Shown here in pieces: positions 1 through 7,344 of a stretch of DNA of 22,792 bases. This DNA is from Gemmatimonadota bacterium (GTDB lineage: Bacteria; Gemmatimonadota; Gemmatimonadetes; Palauibacterales; KS3-K002). Made by a program: the position numbers and the translations under genes. The stretch lies in the NCBI GenBank assembly GCA_039586795.1, contig JBDHJS010000052.1, positions 1 through 22,792 on the forward strand, in the 5' to 3' direction. The notes under the pieces were generated by a model. That model did not search any database. It had not been told where the DNA came from and saw nothing but the letters and a program-made list of their open reading frames with translations. Position 1 is the stretch's first letter, and every line of letters starts with the position of its first letter.

Positions 1-1430
1 GCGGCGATTTCTGATGCCGTCCACGGCGCTGCCGACGTGTTGACTAGCAACAGCCGGAAGCCTTCCTCGCCCGCGTCGGGAGCCAGAGCGCCGATCGCGA
101 TCGTGAACGCCCGCAGGTCCGCCGCGGTCGTCACATCGAAAGTAGCCAGCGCGTCCGGCGTGCCGGTGGCGGCGACGCCCAGCGTCAACGAAGCCTCGGG
201 CAACGCCTGACCTGCATCCTCGGAGGCGTCGGCGAACGCCAGGTTCTCGAAGACAACCGCGCTGATCGTCGTGCCGGTCACCGTGCCAATGTCGACGGCC
301 GGCGCGTCGGGAGACGCGTGCACCGCACGGGCCCGTGTGTTGAGCGCGTCGAACGCGAAGTCGTCACGGTAGGCCAGCAGCTGGAACGCCTCTTCGCCGG
401 CATCCGGCGCCAGGAAGCCCGTCGCCACGGCGATGTAGCGCTGACCGGCGTCCAGCATCGGTGTGTCGAGGCTGACCACAGCAGGGCCGCCCGGACGCCC
501 GCTGCCCGGCGATGTCGGGAAGAATTCGAGGGTGTACATTCCCGGCGGAACCTGGACTCCGTCGGAGAGCTCGGCGAACGAGATGTTGTCCACGAGCTCC
601 GTGTCGCCGACGAAGATATCGACAGCAGGCGCATCGGGACCGGCGTGCAGCGCGTATACGGTCGGATTCTGAGCCACGAAGCCAACGGTGCCCGTCGGCG
701 CGACGGCCAACAGCGAGAACCCATCCGTCTCACGCGGCAGCTTGGCCAGCGAGCCCGTGGCGATCACGAACAGCTCTCCACCGGCGGGAAGCTGAGGCGT
801 CGTGAAAGCGGTGACACGTTGCAGCGGGCTGCCCGCCCATATGCCGATTTGCAGCTCTTGGCCGGCCGGCAGCTCGACGCCGTCGGGGCCCGACTCGCCG
901 AAGCGCTGAAGGTCGTTGAGCTCAGGCGTTCCGTCGTTACCTACGTCGATCGCGACGGTAGGCGCGTCAGGCGACGCATGAACGATGCGTACGCGTACCA
1001 TGGAACCGGCGTCAGCGAAATCCTCGAAGAACGGCAGAACGCGGAACTCATCGTCAGCGTTCTGAGAGTTGAGGAAACCGGCAGCTAGGGCAGTTAGCAC
1101 CTGGCCCTCGGTCAGCGTCAGGTCGCCTGTCTCGTAGACCGGGTTTGTGCTGCCGGCCGAACCGGCGGCGCGGATCTGTATGTTGTAGGTCCCCTCGGGG
1201 ATATCCAGGTAGCCGGTCGTCTCACCGTACGATACGTCGGTGAAGATCGGGGCGTTTAGGCCCTCGGCCCAGATGTCGACGCTCGGCGCATCCGGCGACG
1301 CGTGAATCACGCGCAGCGAAAATGTCGGTCCGTCAATCGGCGGCCCGGTCGTCTCGTTGTCGTCGTCGCACGCCGTGCCGACGAGGGCCAGCGCGACGAT
1401 CGCGGCCATTAGAGCTCGATTCTTGAACAT
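1..1430 (-). CDS. DUF4397 repeat-containing lipoprotein (3' end runs off the window)
   Basis: ATG at 1430 preceded by AAGGAGG. Translation MFKNRALMAAIVALALVGTAC (lipobox) DDDNETTGPP, then four repeats about 110 aa apart: LRVIHASPDAPSVDI, VRIVHASPDAPTVAID, VYALHAGPDAPAVDI, ARAVHASPDAPAVDI. The same frame reads ...FRLLLVNTSAAPWTASEIA at the window edge; no stop seen, which explains its absence from the ORF track. Confidence 0.88.
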   Translation of the reverse strand, partial: MFKNRALMAAIVALALVGTACDDDNETTGPPIDGPTFSLRVIHASPDAPSVDIWAEGLNAPIFTDVSYGETTGYLDIPEGTYNIQIRAAGSAGSTNPVYETGDLTLTEGQVLTALAAGFLNSQNADDEFRVLPFFEDFADAGSMVRVRIVHASPDAPTVAIDVGNDGTPELNDLQRFGESGPDGVELPAGQELQIGIWAGSPLQRVTAFTTPQLPAGGELFVIATGSLAKLPRETDGFSLLAVAPTGTVGFVAQNPTVYALHAGPDAPAVDIFVGDTELVDNISFAELSDGVQVPPGMYTLEFFPTSPGSGRPGGPAVVSLDTPMLDAGQRYIAVATGFLAPDAGEEAFQLLAYRDDFAFDALNTRARAVHASPDAPAVDIGTVTGTTISAVVFENLAFADASEDAGQALPEASLTLGVAATGTPDALATFDVTTAADLRAFTIAIGALAPDAGEEGFRLLLVNTSAAPWTASEIA

Positions 1431-1477
1431 CTTCCGTACCTCCTTACTCAGGTTTCAACTACCACTTCGCGGCGGGT

Positions 1478-1573
1478 CGTCCAGCATTTGTCCAGTTACA
1501 GGTCGCAAGATAAAGCGATGCGGTGGACTTGTCAAGGATTTGTCTAGTTTTAGTCCGGGACAAGACTTAGACA
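1478..1573. promoter_or_regulatory. Operator-like array of 11-bp-phased TnGACA-like hexamers (CarH/LitR-like)
   Basis: Minus strand: CGGACT 1557-1552, TAGACA 1546-1541, TTGACA 1535-1530 (period 11), and TGGACA 1494-1489, TGGACG 1483-1478 (period 11). Plus strand: GGGACA 1557-1562, TAGACA 1568-1573 (period 11). Confidence 0.5.
1507..1535 (-). promoter_or_regulatory. sigma70-type promoter of the DUF4397 gene
   Basis: Minus strand reads TTGACA (1535-1530), 17-nt spacer, TATCTT (1512-1507). Confidence 0.7.
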
Positions 1574-1699
1574 GATGAAAGGCCGGTGGGGCCCATCGGT
1601 CCCTAGCCCTGGCCGCCCGCTAACGCGCCGCTTGACCCCCACTTGGGCGGGTGGGCAGATTTTCGGTGGCAAGTCGTGCTACACGGCTAGGCCAGGCGA

Positions 1700-2132
1700 A
1701 GCGCTCCGATAGACGCTCGGCCCATCGCCATCCTCTTTGTCTTGCTGGTCCTCGCCCTGATCTCGGGTCTGCGGGGCCAGGAGGCGCCGCCGCTGCGCGA
1801 AGACCCTCAGCCGACACCACCGGCCGCAGAACCCGGCGACCGCATCCGCGCCACCGCTCCCAGTCTCTTTCCGCAGCTCGTCGTGGGTGAAGTGGTCTGG
1901 TTTGGGCCGGACACGTTGATACTCGAACGTAAAGACTCGGTCGGCGGCACCATCGCGCTGCCGCTGGATCGTGTGGAGGAGATGGAGATATCGCGCGGCG
2001 TGCCGGAGGGTGGGGGGACGGTCCTGGGGACGTTTGCGGAGATCATCCTGGGTGCCGCGGTAACGCGTTGAACCGACCGTCACCTATACGGCGACGTCGG
2101 GCATCATCGTTCGGGTGTCCTACGTCGTCTGA
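1700..2132 (+). pseudogene. Probably degraded gene for a secreted hypothetical protein
   Basis: Frame 1742-2071 has a signal-peptide-like stretch PIAILFVLLVLALISGLRG-QEAPP and PGDRIRATAP...DTLIL...IALPLDRVEEMEISRG, but no ATG or RBS after the in-frame TAG at 1688. A plausible C-terminus RVEPTVTYTATSGIIVRVSYVV* lies in the +1 frame at 2064-2132. Confidence 0.45.
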
Positions 2133-2146
2133 GGACTTCGACGGCG

Positions 2147-3445
2147 CTAGCGGCCTCCCAGATCGGCGTTGGCGTTCAGGTAATCGATCACCACTGTCGA
2201 CATTGCCTTGATGCCCACAGACACCGATCCGTCGTCCGCCATGAAGTTCGGCGTGTGGTTCCAGCCGGACGTGGTGCCAGGCTTGGTCGTGCCGAGGCTG
2301 AAGTAGAAGCCCGGGACGATGAGCGCGAAGTAGGCGAAGTCCTCCGCCGCCATGATCGGGTCCAGCTCGTGGACGTTCTCGGCGCCAACGGCGCGCTCCA
2401 ACGCCGGCAGCATAGAGCGAGTCAGGGCCGGATCGTTGAGGGTCGGCGGCGCGCCGCGCACGTACTCGAGCTCGTAACTCCCGCCGCCCGCCGCGGTGAT
2501 CCCGGCCAGGATCTCACCCATGCGGCGCTCGATCTCGTCGCGCACGTCCTGGTTGTAGGTGCGAACCGTTCCCTCCAGCTGCACCTGAGCGGGAATGATG
2601 TTGAATCGCTCGCCGCCGTGAATTCGACCTACCGAGATGACGCTGGGTTGCAGCGGCGGCAAGTTGCGCGAGCGGATCGTCTGCAACGCCATCACCGCCT
2701 GTGACGCCATCACAATGGGATCGATGCTGTTCTCCGGCGCGGCGCCGTGCGACTGCTTGCCGGTGATCGTGATGACGAAGCGGTCGGATGAGGCGAGGGC
2801 CGGACCGATGACGTAACCGACATGACCGACCTCGAGGCCGGGGCTGGAGTGCAGTCCGAAGATCGCCGTTGGCATCGGGTTCTCGAGCACCCCTTCCTCC
2901 ACCATCAACGGCGCGCCGCCCTCTTCACCCGGCGGCGGCCCTTCCTCGGCGGGTTGGAAGATGAACTTCACCGTTCCCGGCAGCTCGTCGCGCATCGACG
3001 ACAGAACCGACGCGACGCCCATCAATACCGCGGTATGAATGTCGTGCCCGCAGGCGTGGCTGACGCCTACGTCCTGATCCAGGTAGGTGGTTCGCACCGT
3101 CGATCTGAATTCGTACGGAGTGTCTTCCGTGACGGGCAGCGCGTCCATGTCGGCGCGAATCGCGACGACGGTCCCCGGCTTGCCACCGCGAAGTATGCCG
3201 ACAACTCCGGTGTGGGCGACGCCGGTTTGTACTTCGATTCCCAACGCGCGCAGGTGGTCGGCGACGAGGGCCGCGGTCTCGAACTCGCGGTTGCCGAGTT
3301 CCGGATACTGATGGATGCGATGGCGATATTGGATGATCTCGTCCTCGTGTTCTCGGACGAGCTCACCGATTCTATCCGTTTGAGCGAAGCCGATCGACAC
3401 CGATCCAAGTATCAGCACCGCGGTAAACAGGGTGGGTCCTCGCAC
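2147..3445 (-). CDS. M20D family amidohydrolase with Sec signal peptide
   Basis: Motifs HQYPELG, RADMDALP, HACGHDIH, FQPAEE, EDFAYF, NHTPNF. GTG start at 3445 preceded by GGAGG; N-terminus VRGPTLFTAVLILGSVSIGFA-Q. Confidence 0.92.
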   Translation of the reverse strand: MRGPTLFTAVLILGSVSIGFAQTDRIGELVREHEDEIIQYRHRIHQYPELGNREFETAALVADHLRALGIEVQTGVAHTGVVGILRGGKPGTVVAIRADMDALPVTEDTPYEFRSTVRTTYLDQDVGVSHACGHDIHTAVLMGVASVLSSMRDELPGTVKFIFQPAEEGPPPGEEGGAPLMVEEGVLENPMPTAIFGLHSSPGLEVGHVGYVIGPALASSDRFVITITGKQSHGAAPENSIDPIVMASQAVMALQTIRSRNLPPLQPSVISVGRIHGGERFNIIPAQVQLEGTVRTYNQDVRDEIERRMGEILAGITAAGGGSYELEYVRGAPPTLNDPALTRSMLPALERAVGAENVHELDPIMAAEDFAYFALIVPGFYFSLGTTKPGTTSGWNHTPNFMADDGSVSVGIKAMSTVVIDYLNANADLGGR

Positions 3446-3610
3446 AGCGACCTCCGTTTGGAAGAATGATGACATGCCCGGAGTAGTGATCGTACATAGT
3501 CGGAGCGGAGACCCGGCGGGTCAAGCGCCATGGGCCTGCGCGACTACTGGTTTACGGGTCTGGTCGTCGGTAGTTTGACGCGCCGTTCCCCACAGCCAGG
3601 AGACTCCAAC

Positions 3611-4729
3611 ATGGACACCAGCCGGCGTGACTTTGTCCGGGCGTGCCTTGCCGCGGGCGGGACGACAGCGCTGGGCCTCTCACCAGCGGCGCTATCCGCT
3701 GCGCCTTCGATCCGCCGCGCCGCCAAGCCCCTGAGAATCCTGATCCTCGGTGGCACGGGCTTCATCGGTCCGCACCAGGTGCGTTACGCGGTGGCCCGGG
3801 GTCACACGGTCACGCTGTTCAATCGTGGCCGAACGAATCCGGGGCTGTTCGCGGATCTCGAGCAGCTGCGCGGTGACCGGAATAGCGACCTCAGCGCCCT
3901 GGAGGGACGCGAGTGGGACGCCGTGGTCGACAACGCCGCGATGATCCCGCGCTGGGTGCGTGACTCCGCCGGGCTGCTCAAGGACGCCGCCAACCAGTAC
4001 CTCTACATCTCGACCCTGTCGGTCTACCAGGGCTATCCGGAGCCCGGGATGGACGAGAGCGCTCCGGTACGAACGCTGGATGACCCGACCACCGAAGAGG
4101 TCACCGGACGCACATACGGCGGACTCAAGGTGCTCTGCGAGGAGGAAGCCGAACGGGCGTTCCCCGGACAAACGACGGTCGTGCGGCCCGGATTGATCGT
4201 CGGACCCGGCGACCCGACCGATCGGTGGACGTATTGGCCGGTACGCATCGCCCGCGGCGGCGAGGTGATGGCGCCGGGCGACCCGACGACGCTGGTTCGC
4301 TTCATCGATGCCCGCGACGTATCCGAGTGGTGCATCCGTATGCTGGAGCAGGGAGACGTCGGTGTCTACAACGCGGTGGGTCCCGAGTCGCACCTCTCCA
4401 CGGCGGAGATGCTTTACGGCATACGCGGAGCGGTGGGTAACCGGATCTCGTTTACCTGGGTGAGCGCCGAGTTCCTGGCCGAGCATGATGTGAGACCGTG
4501 GTCCGACATGCCGGCCTGGCTTCCGCCATCGCCAGATACGATGGGTTACGGGTCGATCAGCCGTGCGAAGGCGATCTCGAAAGGACTGACTTTCCGACCG
4601 CTCGCCGTCACGGCGCGAGAGACTCTGGATTGGTGGAAGAGACTGCCGGAAGAGCGACGTGCGGATCCGCGGTCGGGCATCGAGCCCGAGCGCGAGGCCG
4701 CTGTATTGGAGGCGTGGCACACCAGATAA
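3611..4729 (+). CDS. Tat-signal NAD(P)-dependent epimerase/dehydratase-family (atypical SDR) protein, paralog 1
   Basis: ATG 3611 after AGGAG; twin-arginine SRRDFVR plus hydrophobic region ending ALSA; Rossmann motif ILILGGTGFIG; catalytic YGGLK; VVRPGLIVGP. Confidence 0.9.
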   Translation: MDTSRRDFVRACLAAGGTTALGLSPAALSAAPSIRRAAKPLRILILGGTGFIGPHQVRYAVARGHTVTLFNRGRTNPGLFADLEQLRGDRNSDLSALEGREWDAVVDNAAMIPRWVRDSAGLLKDAANQYLYISTLSVYQGYPEPGMDESAPVRTLDDPTTEEVTGRTYGGLKVLCEEEAERAFPGQTTVVRPGLIVGPGDPTDRWTYWPVRIARGGEVMAPGDPTTLVRFIDARDVSEWCIRMLEQGDVGVYNAVGPESHLSTAEMLYGIRGAVGNRISFTWVSAEFLAEHDVRPWSDMPAWLPPSPDTMGYGSISRAKAISKGLTFRPLAVTARETLDWWKRLPEERRADPRSGIEPEREAAVLEAWHTR

Positions 4730-4779
4730 CGGCACAAGCTAGCGATGTCGAGATAACAACATGAGGAGTGAGGAAAGCG

Positions 4780-5907
4780 ATGACCACAAGAAGAGAGTTC
4801 TTGCAGACGTCCGCCGCAGCGGGCGGAGCGCTGAGCTTGGGTCTGCTGGGTGCGTGCACAGGGGATTCGGGGTTGGCGGAAAAGCCGTTGCGGATCCTGA
4901 TCTTGGGCGGTACGGCGTTCACCGGCCCGTTTCAGGTCAAGTACGCGCTCGACCGCGGACACGAAGTGACGATCTTCAGCCGCGGCCGAACCGAACCGAC
5001 CACCAACCAGGAGGTGTTCGATCGCGTCGAGAAACTGATCGGCGATCGCGACAACGACTTGGAAGCGCTGAAGGGTCGCGAGTGGGACGCCGTGATCGAC
5101 AACTCGGCTTCGATCCCGCGCTGGGTGCGGCAGTCGACGGAAATCTTGAAGGATCACTGCGAGACCTATCTCTACACGTCCTCGCTGTCGGTGCATTCCG
5201 ATAACAGCAAGATCGGCATCACCGAGGACGATCCGGTGGCCACCATCGATGACCCGACGGTCGAGGAGATCACCGGCGAGACCTATGGTCCGCTGAAGGC
5301 GCTGTGCGAAGAGGAAGTCCGGAAGGCCTTTCCCGACGGCGCGATCATCGTGCGGCCGCACCTCATCGTCGGCCCCGGCGATCGCTCCGACCGCTGGACC
5401 TACTGGCCGGTGCGCATCGCCCGCGGCGGCGAGGTGATGGCGCCGGGAACGCCGGACGACCCGGTCCAGTTCATCGACACGCGGGACCTGGCCGAGTTCG
5501 ACGTCCATCTGGTCGAGACCCGACAACTCAACACCTACAGCGCCGTCGGACCGGGTGAGTCCCTGACCTTCGGTCCGATGTTGGAGGGTATCAAAGCAGC
5601 TATCAGCAGCGACGCGACGTTCACCTGGGTGCCGGCCGACTTCCTGGCCGAGCACGAAGTCCGACCCTGGGGCGAGATGACGGCCTGGTTGCCGCCCGAG
5701 GGCGAGTTCGCCGGCTTCTCCATGTTCGACAACAGCCGCGCCTTCGCCGCCGGCCTCAAGTTCCGGCCCCTCGCCGACACGGCGAAGGCGACGTGGGATT
5801 GGTGGCAGACGCTACCAGAGGAACGGAGGTCGAATCCGCGGGCGGGTCTGGCGCAGGAGAAGGAGGAGAGAGTCTTGGCGGCGTGGTACGTGTTGGCCGA
5901 GGAGTAG
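4780..5907 (+). CDS. Tat-signal lipoprotein atypical SDR, paralog 2
   Basis: ATG 4780 after GAGGAG/GAGG; TRREFLQ plus lipobox LLGAC; ILILGGTAFTG; YGPLK; collinear with paralog 1. Confidence 0.9.
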   Translation: MTTRREFLQTSAAAGGALSLGLLGACTGDSGLAEKPLRILILGGTAFTGPFQVKYALDRGHEVTIFSRGRTEPTTNQEVFDRVEKLIGDRDNDLEALKGREWDAVIDNSASIPRWVRQSTEILKDHCETYLYTSSLSVHSDNSKIGITEDDPVATIDDPTVEEITGETYGPLKALCEEEVRKAFPDGAIIVRPHLIVGPGDRSDRWTYWPVRIARGGEVMAPGTPDDPVQFIDTRDLAEFDVHLVETRQLNTYSAVGPGESLTFGPMLEGIKAAISSDATFTWVPADFLAEHEVRPWGEMTAWLPPEGEFAGFSMFDNSRAFAAGLKFRPLADTAKATWDWWQTLPEERRSNPRAGLAQEKEERVLAAWYVLAEE

Positions 5908-5968
5908 GAGGGTAGGCAGTAAACCGTGAGCTGTGCTTGTCGCCTGCGGTTTACGGTTTTCGCCTTAC
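5904..5968. repeat. Heptamer-periodic imperfect inverted repeat (REP-like hairpin)
   Basis: Left arm GTAGGCA GTAAACC GTGAGCT, right arm CGCCTGC GGTTTAC GGTTTTC GCCTTAC; core stem GTAAACCG/CGGTTTAC; no clean U-tract. Confidence 0.5.
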
Positions 5969-6000
5969 GCACTCAAACATTTGAATAGGGAAAACCGACA

Positions 6001-7344
6001 GTGACCGACTGGGCTGCACGGTTGCTGAACATCAAGCGCGGAGAGTTGCCGCTGGGGCTGATCGCGGCGCTGTTCTACTTCTGCGTGCTCTGCGGGTATT
6101 TCTTCTTGCGGCCGGTTCGCGATGCGATGGGTGTATCGCGGGGAATGAGTGAGCTACGCTTGCTGTTCGTCGGAACATCGATTGCCTCGCTGGTCATCGT
6201 GCTGCTCTTCGGAGGCGTGGTGAGCAAGCTCGACCGCCGGCGCTTCATCCCGATCGGCTATCTCTTCGTCATCGCCTGTCTCTTTGCTTTCGCCGCGCTT
6301 CTCATCATCGACGCCGGTGCCGGCGGCGGCCTGATCGGCTCCGACGCCGAAACGGCCGTCGCCCGCGGCGTCGGCTACACGTTTTACATCTGGCTCTCGG
6401 TCATCAACCTATTCGTGAACAGCCTCTTCTGGGCCTACATGGTCGACGTGTTCGACGTGGACCAGGGCAAGCGGATGTTCGCGTTCATCGGTATTGGCGG
6501 AACGCTGGGCGCCATCACCGGCGGTTGGGCGACTAACGTGATCAGTGGCATTACCGACTCGGTCTATCTCCCCGCCGGCTTGATGCTGACGGGTGCGACG
6601 CTGTTCGGGTTCGCGATCGTCGTGATGCTGACGCTCGACAACGCCGCCGCCAGGTCGGAGCATTCACGCCTGAACTCGACCGCATCGACGGAAGGGACCG
6701 CGACGACGGCTGGTGAGCCAATCGGCGGTTCGTTCTGGGAGGGCGCGCAAGCCGTGGCGACGTCGCCCTACCTGCTCGGGATCGGCGGCTACATCATTCT
6801 GTTGGCGATCTCCAATACGCTGATCTATTTCACGCAGGCTAACGTGATCCTGGATAACACGGACACGTTCAGTCAGCGGGTCGGTAGCTTCGCGCTGTTC
6901 GACATGTTGGCGCAGATCGCCACGCTCTTGACACAGATCTTCATCACCGCGCGCCTGATCCGGCGGCTCGGGGTTGGGTGGACGTTGTCCATATTGCCGC
7001 TGGTAACCGTCGCAGGGTTCGCCGTGCTCGCGGTGTGGCCGATCTACGGTGTGATGGCGCTCTTCCAAGCTCTGCACCGGGCCACGCGCCACGCGATTTC
7101 GCGACCGGCGCGGGAGACGCTGTTCAGCGTGGTGCCGCCCTCGGAGAAGTACAAGGCGAAACCGGTGGTCGATGTGTTTCTGTATCGGGGCGGCGACGTC
7201 GCCGGTGCGGGGATCGATGGCGCGCTGAGTGCGGCGGGCCTCGCCCTGGGTTGGGTGGCTGCGGCGACCGTGCCGCTGGCCGCGATGTGGACGGTGTTAT
7301 CGGTCGCCCTGGGGCGGGCCCAATCACGGCGTGCGTCTAGCTAG
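6001..7344 (+). CDS. NTT/TLC (ATP:ADP antiporter, Npt1/Npt2-like, COG3202-type) MFS transporter
   Basis: About 11-12 hydrophobic segments; family-type motifs YFFLRPVRDAMG, SLFWAYMVDVF...QGKRMFAFIGIGGTLGAITG, RPARETLF...EKYKAKPVVDVFLYRGGD. No C-terminal HEAT/cNMP extension. Confidence 0.85.
   Translation: MTDWAARLLNIKRGELPLGLIAALFYFCVLCGYFFLRPVRDAMGVSRGMSELRLLFVGTSIASLVIVLLFGGVVSKLDRRRFIPIGYLFVIACLFAFAALLIIDAGAGGGLIGSDAETAVARGVGYTFYIWLSVINLFVNSLFWAYMVDVFDVDQGKRMFAFIGIGGTLGAITGGWATNVISGITDSVYLPAGLMLTGATLFGFAIVVMLTLDNAAARSEHSRLNSTASTEGTATTAGEPIGGSFWEGAQAVATSPYLLGIGGYIILLAISNTLIYFTQANVILDNTDTFSQRVGSFALFDMLAQIATLLTQIFITARLIRRLGVGWTLSILPLVTVAGFAVLAVWPIYGVMALFQALHRATRHAISRPARETLFSVVPPSEKYKAKPVVDVFLYRGGDVAGAGIDGALSAAGLALGWVAAATVPLAAMWTVLSVALGRAQSRRASS

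Noticed and set aside
318..1088. 256-aa plus-strand ORF and other long antisense ORFs (3692-4735, 4546-5655, 7866-8816, 17506-18144, 20475-21383)
   Set aside because: Shadow frames opposite well-supported genes, expected from high-GC codon bias; no recognisable motifs.
4244..5447. Identical 35-nt stretch at 4244-4278 and 5413-5447
   Set aside because: It encodes the conserved RIARGGEVMAPG in both SDR paralogs; explained by paralogy and codon bias, not a mobile-element or CRISPR repeat.
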